Of a stretch of DNA of 64,000 bases, positions 40,152 through 49,401 are shown one piece after another. Within the stretch, counting starts at the first letter, position 1. The number at the start of each line of letters is the position of its first letter. Under the pieces are notes generated by a model, which worked only from the letters and a program-made list of their open reading frames with translations, made no database searches and had not been told where the DNA came from. The stretch lies in the sequence record LC597490.1; one strand, 5' to 3'. The position numbers and the translations under genes are program-made.

Positions 40152-43100
40152 TTAGCTAAATACTTTTGTCCAGTTCGTGTTTAGTTCCTGGATAATTTCT
40201 GCGCTTCTATCTTTCATCATGTCGAAACCGACATTAATCATATTCTCATCTTTAGATGGTGAACGTTGAACGGTTACCTGTACATCATCAAGACCTGCTC
40301 CTCGAAGGATTTTTTCGATACGAGATGAGTTGATAAGGTCACCCATTAAACGTGGTTGCATGTCGATTGCATCTACTCCAGAAGCATCTGCTCTCGTTTC
40401 ATCACTACCCCAGAATCCAAACTCTGTAAGTTCCATACCTTCATTGCGAACAACCTTTAACTTAATGTCATTCAATGCGGTATCTGCACGCCAACCTTCC
40501 CAGTTTTCACTAGGTAAGTAATGTGTCTTGAAATAAGATTCATTACTCTCTACTTCATCCATCTTCATTCCCCACTTAGCTTGGAAGAAGCGACGTTCAT
40601 TTTCAGGAACAAGTCGAAGGATTTCCTCCCTTTCATCAGGAGCAGCCTTCATGAATTCTGCAAAGTACTCTCTATCCTTTTTCGGTAGAGAACGGAAGAT
40701 TTTTGTCATGTCACCATTTGGGTCAGCCCCGAATAATGTTGACTCATATTCCGCTTTATATTGAAGAGCTAGTAATGTATGTGGCCCGATGTCCACACTA
40801 CTTCTATCCTCACCAATTGTTTTCAGATTCTCACGGATACGTTTTAACTGGAACTCCGTAAGCTCATCATCACCATAACCCATTTTTTTCTGCATTGCCA
40901 ATTGTTTTTTGTAAAGTTCTAGAGTTTTACGAGACTGTTTATTTTTCTTACCACGCTTGCTGTTTTCGTCTAGAAGTTCTTTTAAATCTACACCTTCTGT
41001 ACGTTTCGCTTCTTCCGCAGCCTTCTCATATAAACCTTTAAACTTCATGTATTTCAAACGGTCAAAGTACTCGTTAACTTCCCTTTCCTTCTTACGTCTT
41101 TCTGGTAACCAAACTTCACTATTGCCAGGAGTATGCTCACTTAGTACTCGTAGAGCCGCAGCCCCACCACCTACTAATGCACCAATCCATTTACCGTAGT
41201 ACTTACCTTTACCTCGTCCAGCTAACCAACCAATACCATAACCTTGAGCAGATGCGATTAATGGATTACGAGAAGCCATTGTTTCAATCATAGGTTGTAA
41301 CCATCCAGAGATAGGTTCTTCCCATGGTCTCCATGCTTTACCATATACTTCAGTACGTTTGTATTGCTCTAATGGAGAACGAACTTGTAAGAACTTATCA
41401 GCGATAGGTCCGATGATTGGTAAGCTTGGTAATAAGTCATGGCTTAGAAACTCCCACGTTTTACCGACAGTAATTTGATCGTTACTGAATAAAGCTTGTG
41501 TAGCAGTCGCACTACCATCATCTTTCACACTTACGTTGTTCTCTCCGCCGAATCCCATGAAACCACCGAAGGAGCGATTCGCTAACATGTAGTTGACGTT
41601 CTGACCTTTTTGAGTCATGTAGAATGGCATACCTTCTTCACTGTTACCAGCGTATACAACAGCACGCATTGTATTCATCATGTCATCACGGACACGGAAT
41701 AGTGGGTCGGCATCTAATCCTACTCGAATCTTCGCACCTTCATAAACGAACTGACGCAATAAAGCCTGAGCTTCTTCATCATCTTTCTTGATAGACACAC
41801 CAGCTAGTTTAATAGGGTTGTTCGGGAATTCTTCTGTTAAGAATGTATTCTGGTCAAGAATCTTCGTAACAGTTACATCTTGCATATCAATGTCAGCATT
41901 TGTGAATCGTTTATCAAAGAATTGGTATTTCTTTTTACGCTCACGGACTTGCGTCATTACTTCTTGGTACTCATCTTTCATATCATCTGTTAAACGACCA
42001 TCTTGGTTCATTTGAGAAACAACACGTTTCCACATACGATATTGGTCAGAGTAAGGAGCAACGTCAGCTAAGATACGGAATCTATCGAATGCACCGTATT
42101 TGCTTCCATCTTCTTGAGAGAACTCATCTGGATGTAGTTTGTATAATCTTTCATACGCTTCACCAGGAAGTCTCATTTCCCCTTTACTTACTTTTACATA
42201 AGGGTCACCATATTTAAATGGTAAGAAGTATTCAGCACCAGGCATCCAGTCTGGCATTTCATTTCTAATTGGATTGTAGTAATTTTTATTCGGGTCACGA
42301 GGAATGTAACGACGGAAAATCTCGGAGAATCCGCCACCAACCATATCAGCTCCACCTAGTTCCATATCCCAGAAACTACGTGCCATACTATCCATACGAG
42401 AACTTGGCTCAAGTGTTAAACCACGTCCACCCTCTTGGAATCCAGATAATGCTTTTGTACCGAAACCGTAGATACCAAGAACCTCAGATGCAGAGTAGAA
42501 CATATCACGAGCTATACCAGATGGATTGCCAATCTCACCGATATCAGCTAAGTCTGCTAATGCTTCAGGGTCACGTAAGCTTTCTAATTGAGTTAATGGT
42601 CTCATCTTAGATTGGTTAACAGCTGCTTGACCTCTCATGGTGATACGCTGGTTTATTGCAGTTAAGGCTGCACTAGAGTAATCTCCAGCTCCAACCATTC
42701 GTTCAGTACCTTCGATAGCAACGCCACCTTCAGCACTTGCTCCACCACCAAGACCAATCGCACCACCGCCACCAGAACCATAACCTTCTTCATATCCACC
42801 ATCACCAGAAGGCATGTCTTCATATACTTGAAGTCCACCAGCTGGCATTAATTGAATACTAGCACCTTCACTATAAGCATCGAATCGTCTACTAGATGCA
42901 GCGATTACTTCATCTTGATATCGTTCATGCTGTTCTTGTAAGTCTGCTCTGACAGTACGAGGAGAAATGATTCGTCCAATTGTATTATCAGCAAGAGGAC
43001 CAACAATAGGGAAGTCGGAAAGGATTGTTCCACCTTTGATTGGATACGGTCTGTCATCTTCGTGTTTCTTTTCTAGATAACTATGACCATTTAACATGTA

Positions 43101-46100
43101 TGTTAATGGAGCTAAAGGATTCGATAATGTAGGAATCCAAGTGTTTGCCCAATAATCATTTGCACTACCATAAAGAGTATCAGTGTATTCATAATCACTC
43201 TTTGCTTTACGATACCAGTTTGGTTCCCATCTCTCGATCTTTCCACCAGCCCAAGGTGTATTAGAACCTAGACCCCAGTAACGACCTTTACGTACTGCAT
43301 CTTCACCTGACTCATAATACTTGTTTACTTCTTCTTCTGAACGGAAATCAGAGAATGCACCAAGTGTTAAGAAGTCGAATGCTTTTAAGAATGGCAATTC
43401 ACCTAGTTGTCCTGCACCTGCAAATGGAGCAGTTAACTCTTTACCAATACGGTTAATACCAAGTGTTTCTTTCACGCCAGCTAAATCACCATGCATATTT
43501 ACATACGTATCAGCTAGGCTATCACTTACTGTATCTCCAGTCATATCATCTAGGTATTGTAATTCTTTATAACCTATATAAGGAAGTAAAATACGTTTCC
43601 CTAATTGGTTAACGAGAATACTTTGCATACTACCTTTGTCTTTTTGGGCAAGACCTAATCCTACTTTAGCTAACGCATTATCCATACGTTCAATACCATA
43701 GTAGAAGAATGTTGTAGCAGTTGTTACATCACCAAGGTTATTACGCCCAGCGAATGGTTGCTTTAATACTTCTTTTGTACTATTCAGGAATGCAGATACG
43801 GAACTAGAACCATCTTCAACTAATTGTTCGTAGTTTTCTTTTGCCCAGCCAATACCTTTTGCATCACGCATGATACCATAACCTGTTGTAGGTCCGAAGT
43901 AGTTCGGTGGTCTCATACCTGGTCCAGTACTTGTTAGTGGATTGAAGTCTTTAATACTCTCATGAATAGCTTGACCAAATACACTGTCTTCACCTTTCAT
44001 TAATCCAGCAAATTCTTCTAATGCATCGTCACCATAGGTATTACGGTTACGGTATACATCCTTCCACCATGTACGCATTTTAGAAAGGACTTCCATATTA
44101 CGTACTTCAGATAATGCATTCTTATCTAAGTCCCCTTCTAGGATTGCATTACGAACCAGACGACTCGTACCTTCTGTTGTCATATTAACTTGGTGAATCG
44201 AGTGTTGTTGGATTAAACGTTTTGCATCATCTAATATACCAACTAATTCTGTTTCACCTGTTTCTAATGCAGAAGCAAACTCAGGAAGGATTGCACCATT
44301 ATCACTAGAGATACGTTGGTTCTTTAAGAAACCTTGAGGAGAACGACTGAACTTTGTCCACATCTCATCTAGTTGTTCTGCTAGTGCTGTATTACCTTTT
44401 GAGATTTTACCATCGAACTCTGGAGAACCAATGGCTTGTCGTAAACGTCCTACTGCTCCCATGATTTCTTCTGTTGTATTTAATTTCGTTAAATCAATAT
44501 CAACATTCCCATACGCTTTCTTTACATGTGGATTTAAGAAATCAACTGTTGTACTAGAGAAGTTGGTAGTCTTTTCATTAAATGAACTGTAGATATTCTT
44601 ATAGATACCTTCTACTTCATCTAAATCTTTGTACTGACCTTTCATCATTTGACGAACTTGGTTAATCTCCCAGTCAGGGTCTTTAAACTTCGTGAACATA
44701 CTCTTAATACGTGAGAAGCTAGACTCTGTTTCTTGTAATCCAAATCCAAAGAAGTTTTTAACTGGCCCGATATCATCATAGTTTCGTACATGTAAATTCG
44801 CCATACTAGCTGGCATACGGCTGAATACACCGAATCGTCTATCAGCTAAGTAAACACCTTCATCTACTTTACTCATATCATTCATACGGTATACATTACC
44901 ACCAACGAAGATATGGTCGTCTGCTAATGTACCAGCAGCTGCATCTCTATTATGTGCCGCAGGATGTTGTACTGTTCTTGCTCCTTGTAAGAATGGGTCA
45001 ATATCCCCACGCTTTAATACATAACTTTTAGGAGCTTCACGAATTGTTTTCACACTTGAATAGTGAGCAAGGTCTAATGGGTTAAATCGTAGATATGGGA
45101 GTTGCACATTATCTTTTACAATATCAAGGAAATTGAAACCGCCCTCAATACTGTTACGCATATCAACAACATTACCTGACTTATCTACGAATAAGCCTGG
45201 GTCTACATGTAGGTCTCCTAGCTCTTTATCGGACTTCATATGAATACGGAAGTTGTTGGCTAGGTTCTTAGGAGACATCTTACTAGCTTTTTCTAATGGA
45301 ACTAAGAAGTCAGCACTATCTTGGTCAATCAAACCTCTGTTTAATGTTTCTTTTAATGTCAGTGGCTTTAAACCTCGGCGTTGTGCAGCCTCCATCCACT
45401 TACCATTCTTATCAATGGAGTGGTCGTCTTTAAATGCTTTCACACGGATATCACGATACTCTTTATAATTTTTCTTCGCAATTTCCTTTACATTCTTATC
45501 CTTCTTAACAGTGACCATCGTTTGGTAAACGGTCTCCGCTGTCTTCTTACGTTCTAATTCATCAACGAAGTCTAATGCATTACCAATGTTGTTCTTCTTT
45601 GCATTCTCTCTTGAATGCATCTTTAATAGTTCGTCTACCTTTTTAAGTGACGGTGCTTCGAAGAATAAGTCATCACGTTTTTGACGAAGGACATTCTCAA
45701 GTCCACCTTCCTTCATTCTTTCAGGAAGAACAGAACTTAATCGTTTCATTGTCTCTTCAAATTGAGTAGCACGTACAAAGTCCTTACGTTCCTTTTGAAG
45801 ACCTTTCATCATAGACAGATATTCATTTTGAATCTTTGTTGGTCTTCCACCAAGAGGAGTTCGTGCCATACGCATTCTCTCTTCTTGCAAGTCTTTAAAT
45901 GTACGAGTGAAACGATTATCGAATCTATCTTTGTTTCTCATATGGAACAGAGGATTCTTTTGATCTAATGCATGGTCTAATGATTTTAAGTACGAACCAA
46001 CTTCACTCATTGCATTTCCAACAGGAGTATTGCGGGCTGACATTTTAGCAGCTTGAATAGCGGCTCCTCTCATAGCCATACTAGATTCATGTGTAACTAC

Positions 46101-46229
46101 CTTTATTCCTTTACCGATTGCTCGTCTGTATTTATAACCTAGTGCAGCACCGCCTACTATACCTGCAAGCTCTAAAGGACTGGAACCTTCTTGCTCTGGT
46201 AAGGGCTGGCGTCCAGTTTGTTCTGCCAT
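40152..46229 (-). CDS. Tape-measure-like / ejection protein (2025 aa) with hydrophobic segments and a degenerate thermonuclease-fold domain
   Basis: Directly follows the chaperone pair; helical composition; Gly/Ala hydrophobic stretches (LAGIVGGAALGY; GYGIGWLAG...WIGALVGGGAAAL); VTKILDQNTF...IKLAGVS...MRAVVY...NVNYMLAN resembles SNase without its catalytic residues. Confidence 0.65.
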   Translation of the reverse strand: MAEQTGRQPLPEQEGSSPLELAGIVGGAALGYKYRRAIGKGIKVVTHESSMAMRGAAIQAAKMSARNTPVGNAMSEVGSYLKSLDHALDQKNPLFHMRNKDRFDNRFTRTFKDLQEERMRMARTPLGGRPTKIQNEYLSMMKGLQKERKDFVRATQFEETMKRLSSVLPERMKEGGLENVLRQKRDDLFFEAPSLKKVDELLKMHSRENAKKNNIGNALDFVDELERKKTAETVYQTMVTVKKDKNVKEIAKKNYKEYRDIRVKAFKDDHSIDKNGKWMEAAQRRGLKPLTLKETLNRGLIDQDSADFLVPLEKASKMSPKNLANNFRIHMKSDKELGDLHVDPGLFVDKSGNVVDMRNSIEGGFNFLDIVKDNVQLPYLRFNPLDLAHYSSVKTIREAPKSYVLKRGDIDPFLQGARTVQHPAAHNRDAAAGTLADDHIFVGGNVYRMNDMSKVDEGVYLADRRFGVFSRMPASMANLHVRNYDDIGPVKNFFGFGLQETESSFSRIKSMFTKFKDPDWEINQVRQMMKGQYKDLDEVEGIYKNIYSSFNEKTTNFSSTTVDFLNPHVKKAYGNVDIDLTKLNTTEEIMGAVGRLRQAIGSPEFDGKISKGNTALAEQLDEMWTKFSRSPQGFLKNQRISSDNGAILPEFASALETGETELVGILDDAKRLIQQHSIHQVNMTTEGTSRLVRNAILEGDLDKNALSEVRNMEVLSKMRTWWKDVYRNRNTYGDDALEEFAGLMKGEDSVFGQAIHESIKDFNPLTSTGPGMRPPNYFGPTTGYGIMRDAKGIGWAKENYEQLVEDGSSSVSAFLNSTKEVLKQPFAGRNNLGDVTTATTFFYYGIERMDNALAKVGLGLAQKDKGSMQSILVNQLGKRILLPYIGYKELQYLDDMTGDTVSDSLADTYVNMHGDLAGVKETLGINRIGKELTAPFAGAGQLGELPFLKAFDFLTLGAFSDFRSEEEVNKYYESGEDAVRKGRYWGLGSNTPWAGGKIERWEPNWYRKAKSDYEYTDTLYGSANDYWANTWIPTLSNPLAPLTYMLNGHSYLEKKHEDDRPYPIKGGTILSDFPIVGPLADNTIGRIISPRTVRADLQEQHERYQDEVIAASSRRFDAYSEGASIQLMPAGGLQVYEDMPSGDGGYEEGYGSGGGGAIGLGGGASAEGGVAIEGTERMVGAGDYSSAALTAINQRITMRGQAAVNQSKMRPLTQLESLRDPEALADLADIGEIGNPSGIARDMFYSASEVLGIYGFGTKALSGFQEGGRGLTLEPSSRMDSMARSFWDMELGGADMVGGGFSEIFRRYIPRDPNKNYYNPIRNEMPDWMPGAEYFLPFKYGDPYVKVSKGEMRLPGEAYERLYKLHPDEFSQEDGSKYGAFDRFRILADVAPYSDQYRMWKRVVSQMNQDGRLTDDMKDEYQEVMTQVRERKKKYQFFDKRFTNADIDMQDVTVTKILDQNTFLTEEFPNNPIKLAGVSIKKDDEEAQALLRQFVYEGAKIRVGLDADPLFRVRDDMMNTMRAVVYAGNSEEGMPFYMTQKGQNVNYMLANRSFGGFMGFGGENNVSVKDDGSATATQALFSNDQITVGKTWEFLSHDLLPSLPIIGPIADKFLQVRSPLEQYKRTEVYGKAWRPWEEPISGWLQPMIETMASRNPLIASAQGYGIGWLAGRGKGKYYGKWIGALVGGGAAALRVLSEHTPGNSEVWLPERRKKEREVNEYFDRLKYMKFKGLYEKAAEEAKRTEGVDLKELLDENSKRGKKNKQSRKTLELYKKQLAMQKKMGYGDDELTEFQLKRIRENLKTIGEDRSSVDIGPHTLLALQYKAEYESTLFGADPNGDMTKIFRSLPKKDREYFAEFMKAAPDEREEILRLVPENERRFFQAKWGMKMDEVESNESYFKTHYLPSENWEGWRADTALNDIKLKVVRNEGMELTEFGFWGSDETRADASGVDAIDMQPRLMGDLINSSRIEKILRGAGLDDVQVTVQRSPSKDENMINVGFDMMKDRSAEIIQELNTNWTKVFS

Positions 46230-46244
46230 TTAATTCACTCCTTT

Positions 46245-46775
46245 CTAGAATGGATGGTGATGTTGTTGCTCTGTATCTTCTTCTAGTTTAACTCCACGAA
46301 GAACTTCAAGTGTCCATTTTGCACGAGAGTAATACCACATTGTTTTTTCTAAACCCCAATTATCAATTTCTTCTAGTGTAAATTCAGGGAAACAGAACTT
46401 GATGATACAAGATACTTGGTTTTCGAAGTTACGCATCTCTACATCGAATTGTCTTTCCAAGTCTTTCATTAGTGTATTGTCTTTACCGAATCCTGCTTTC
46501 TTCAGGATTTCCTGACCGACAACGTTTGGAACCCCAGCTGGTAATAAATCTATGTCTTCCACTACTGGGTCTAGTAAACATAGCTTACAGATTTCATCAT
46601 ACTTATCTGTTTCGAATTCTAATGGGGCAATCTTTTCTCTAAATTCTTTACGAGATAATGGTCGCCATACATATGCATCATCTTCAAATTCTGTTACATA
46701 TACCTCTCGATATTCCTTTACCCATTCATCTCTAATACGTAAGTACTCTGATACTTCCTTTGATTGCATCTTCAT
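46245..46775 (-). CDS. Tail assembly chaperone, long (GT-like) form; the start may be the ATG at 46769
   Basis: EVYVTEFEDDAYVWRPLSRKEF is paralogous to the upstream chaperone; extra C-terminal FCFPEFTLEEIDNW...WYYSRAKW segment; sits directly before the giant tail genes. Confidence 0.75.
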   Translation of the reverse strand: MKMQSKEVSEYLRIRDEWVKEYREVYVTEFEDDAYVWRPLSRKEFREKIAPLEFETDKYDEICKLCLLDPVVEDIDLLPAGVPNVVGQEILKKAGFGKDNTLMKDLERQFDVEMRNFENQVSCIIKFCFPEFTLEEIDNWGLEKTMWYYSRAKWTLEVLRGVKLEEDTEQQHHHPF

Positions 46776-46787
46776 GTCCTCCCAAAT

Positions 46788-46814
46788 AAAAAAGAGAGGG
46801 GATATCCCCCTCTC
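46788..46814 (-). terminator. Intrinsic terminator between the two chaperone genes
   Basis: GAGAGGGG-GATAT-CCCCTCTC then TTTTTT. Confidence 0.85.
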
Positions 46815-46829
46815 CCCTTATTATATTTC

Positions 46830-47312
46830 TTATAGACGAATAGCGCCTGTTTTTGCAGTGAAACCAGATTTCTCTAAGATTGTGTCAGCTAATACAGTTG
46901 GGATACCAGCTTTACCAGCACGTAACTGTGCGAAGCCGTAACCTACTGGATATAAGATTGCTGTATCACAAATCTTTTCTTCACGGTAGTACTGGTCTGC
47001 ACCTTGCATGTTCATTACTGATTTGTACTCAGTACGACGTAGTGGGCGCCAGATAAATACTTGGTCGTCAAACTCAACAAGATAAACTTCTTCGTTGAAT
47101 GCTGATTTCCATTCTTCAACTTGGTGCTCTGTTGGGCCACCTGGGAATAACAACTTGTTACCATGCTCATCGACCATTAAGTCTTCTTCAAAGTTTTCTT
47201 CAGCAGCTTCGTTAACTTCTGGAGCTGGACCAGCTGTTACTACTTCTTCTTTCTCTTCAACTTCTACCTTTGCATTCTCTAATTCTAATTCTGGATTTTG
47301 TTTGCGTGCCAT
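46830..47312 (-). CDS. Tail assembly chaperone, short (G-like) form
   Basis: EQVEEWKS-like N-region, EVYLVEFDDQVFIWRPLRRTEYK, ICDTAILYP; located between the tube genes and the tape-measure-like genes. Confidence 0.8.
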   Translation of the reverse strand: MARKQNPELELENAKVEVEEKEEVVTAGPAPEVNEAAEENFEEDLMVDEHGNKLLFPGGPTEHQVEEWKSAFNEEVYLVEFDDQVFIWRPLRRTEYKSVMNMQGADQYYREEKICDTAILYPVGYGFAQLRAGKAGIPTVLADTILEKSGFTAKTGAIRL

Positions 47313-47337
47313 CTTGTTTTCCTCCTAATTTATAAAT

Positions 47338-48078
47338 CTATAATGATGCGTTGAAGTCTCTAGCAATAAATGTATAGACTTCTTCAACAGGGCTTCCGTC
47401 CCTCCCGACGATTTGTGAAACACCTGTTAATTGCACACCTGTTAATGTTTGTGCTGTTGATGCTACCTTATTACCATTTGTTTGAGTCATTGGACCATAT
47501 TGAATGACGATGTTGAAACCCATATCGCCTAGTTCTTTTTGTCCACCTTCATTACCACTTACATGGTTTGTGAAGTAACTACTATTTTGTCTGATAGCAC
47601 TAGCTGTTGTGATGGAATTAATGCCTTGTTCTTCCCAAAAGGTTTTTTCGAACTTGTCAGCTACCGCATAGAAGTTTTCTCCTGATGCCGCTTCAACTGC
47701 TTGTTCTAATGTAAGGTTGCTTTTGAAGTTATCATAACTGAAGACTGCTCCATTATCTGGAGAAGTAAGAGGGGCTTGTAATCTTTCAAGTGCTGATTGC
47801 AGATAGAATGATTCTTTAAAGTTGATGGAGAACTGACCTTGAATTTGACGAGACCCTCGTGCTACCTTATCCCATGTATAAGAAGCGTATCCAAAGATCG
47901 GCGCTACGTTTTCCTGCATTGAAAATTGTAACCCTGTAATCTCATCCAACCAAATATCATTAAAGTAAATTCTTACATCTGCACCAGTAAAATATTGTTC
48001 ATTGAATCTCTTATACTCAACAGTCTGTCCTGGAGAGTTATATGAATATCCAAAAACACGAGGTGTAGTGTTTCCCAT
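47338..48078 (-). CDS. Tail-tube paralogue 3 (probable tube initiator); start revised to ATG 48078
   Basis: FTGADVRIYF...ITGLQFS...PIFGY...ARGSRQIQGQF...TFIARD; RBS AGGAGGT precedes 48078 rather than 48102. Confidence 0.75.
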   Translation of the reverse strand: MGNTTPRVFGYSYNSPGQTVEYKRFNEQYFTGADVRIYFNDIWLDEITGLQFSMQENVAPIFGYASYTWDKVARGSRQIQGQFSINFKESFYLQSALERLQAPLTSPDNGAVFSYDNFKSNLTLEQAVEAASGENFYAVADKFEKTFWEEQGINSITTASAIRQNSSYFTNHVSGNEGGQKELGDMGFNIVIQYGPMTQTNGNKVASTAQTLTGVQLTGVSQIVGRDGSPVEEVYTFIARDFNASL

Positions 48079-48106
48079 TTTATACCTCCTTTTCCTTATC
48101 AACGTT

Positions 48107-48136
48107 ATCGTAACGATTCGTTTCGTTAAAAGTCAA
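48107..48136 (-). promoter_or_regulatory. Possible sigmaA-type promoter (TTGACT-N18-TACGAT) overlapped by short inverted repeats
   Basis: Seen in the non-coding gap; ATCGT-A-ACGAT at 48107-48117 and CGTTA-TCG-TAACG at 48103-48115. Confidence 0.45.
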
Positions 48137-48143
48137 GAGTTTC

Positions 48144-48716
48144 TTAATACTCTGTGTACACATCATCAATGCCCTCTGGGTCCATTAAATCAATGTCCAT
48201 TGCAATGTACTGCATTGTATTCTCAGTAATCATATCTTCGATAGACATTGTTTGTCCTTCTGTAAGTATGTGGACTCCATAGATATTGAGAGTAGAAGCA
48301 TTGCCATACTCATTCATAAAGTTGATGTTTATATCAAAAGGAGGAAGCTCATCTGTCTTCATATTCTTTTTCATTAAACTAATTTCTTCAGAAGTGAAGT
48401 CAAAGTCTGTACGACTACCAGTGTAAGGTGTATCTCGTGGAGTTGCACCATTCTCATAGCTTCGCATTACATTCTTTAGTACGTGTCTATCAAACACTGT
48501 AAAGATAAGCGTGCCAGCAATTGTACGTTGACCTCTTACAACACCTTTAGGATTGATACGACCTAATGCATAGACAGGTGATGTAGGACGATAGATACTA
48601 TACGTTACAGTTTGTAGTTCACCGAATACAATGGGCTTCCCATTTAATGGAGTGATTGTAGCTAGGATATCAGCACCACCAAATGATGTATACGTTCTAT
48701 TATTATATTTTGTCAT
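48144..48716 (-). CDS. Tail-tube paralogue 2
   Basis: YTSFGGADI...GELQTVTYS...PVYALG...RGQRTIAGTLIFTVFDR...DELPPFDININFMNEYG; close to tube 1. Confidence 0.85.
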   Translation of the reverse strand: MTKYNNRTYTSFGGADILATITPLNGKPIVFGELQTVTYSIYRPTSPVYALGRINPKGVVRGQRTIAGTLIFTVFDRHVLKNVMRSYENGATPRDTPYTGSRTDFDFTSEEISLMKKNMKTDELPPFDININFMNEYGNASTLNIYGVHILTEGQTMSIEDMITENTMQYIAMDIDLMDPEGIDDVYTEY

Positions 48717-48732
48717 ACTGTTTCCTCCCTAT

Positions 48733-48757
48733 AAAAAAAGAGGGCGCTATGCCCTCT
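48733..48757 (-). terminator. Intrinsic terminator after the major tube gene
   Basis: AGAGGGC-ATAGC-GCCCTCT then TTTTTT. Confidence 0.85.
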
Positions 48758-48767
48758 CCTCTTGAGT

Positions 48768-49343
48768 TTATCGAATGTCGTCGTAAACGTCAGGTACCAT
48801 GTCTTCGATGTCACGAGCAACGAAAGTACAAGCCTTTTCAGTTGTAATGTCATCAATAGACATTCCCATACCTTCATTTAGAATCTCTACTCCGTAGATT
48901 GTCATCTTAGAAGAGTTACCATATTCGTTCATGAAGTTGATTGTAATATCGAATGGTGGAATTTCATCTGTGTACTTCGGACGAACTTTTTCTTTCCAAC
49001 GACCAGGGATGTCTTGAATAGTTAAGTTGTATTCATGAACTGGAGTTGGGTTTTGTTGTTCAGCAGATGAGTTCATTGCGTGACGGAATACGCCAGGCTC
49101 TGCTTTTAATTGGTGTAACGCATCACGGTCAAACACTGTGAATACGATAGAACCAGCAATACCACGTTTACCACGAGAGAATGAACGTGGGTTAGGATCA
49201 CCCATAGTGTATACAGGTACCTTTTCACGAGTTACAGAGTAAGTGATAGCTTGAAGCTCCCCTACTACTCGACCATTGAAAGTAGCCATGATGTCAGCGC
49301 CACCGAAAGTTGTATACGTTCTTGTATATGTGCTTGCAGACAT
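48768..49343 (-). CDS. Major tail tube protein
   Basis: Immediately after the sheath gene; GELQAITYSVTREKVPVYTMG...SRGKRGIAGSIVF; codon choice like the capsid gene. Confidence 0.85.
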   Translation of the reverse strand: MSASTYTRTYTTFGGADIMATFNGRVVGELQAITYSVTREKVPVYTMGDPNPRSFSRGKRGIAGSIVFTVFDRDALHQLKAEPGVFRHAMNSSAEQQNPTPVHEYNLTIQDIPGRWKEKVRPKYTDEIPPFDITINFMNEYGNSSKMTIYGVEILNEGMGMSIDDITTEKACTFVARDIEDMVPDVYDDIR

Positions 49344-49370
49344 TTGTATTGCCCCCTTTTATTTGTTTGG

Positions 49371-49395
49371 AATAACAAGCCCCCACAAGGAGGGC
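49371..49395 (-). terminator. Possible weak terminator or stability hairpin between sheath and tube
   Basis: GCCCTC-CTTGT-GGGGGC then TTGTTATT. Confidence 0.5.
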
Positions 49396-49401
49396 AAGCT
49401 A

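Noticed and set aside
42700-42820. Gly-rich tracts (also 24830-24860, 25410-25450) and the poly-Pro run near 32850
   Set aside because: These are ordinary low-complexity inter-domain linkers, not DNA repeats with their own function.
25613-46229. Inteins or group I introns as the reason for the giant ORFs
   Set aside because: The ORFs are uninterrupted, and I found no intein N-terminal (C/S-x...) plus C-terminal HN-(C/S/T) pair and no LAGLIDADG or HNH motif.
46830-46900. Programmed -1 frameshift at the end of chaperone G
   Set aside because: No X-XXY-YYZ heptamer was seen near the stop. A terminator and a separate RBS-bearing paralogue follow instead.
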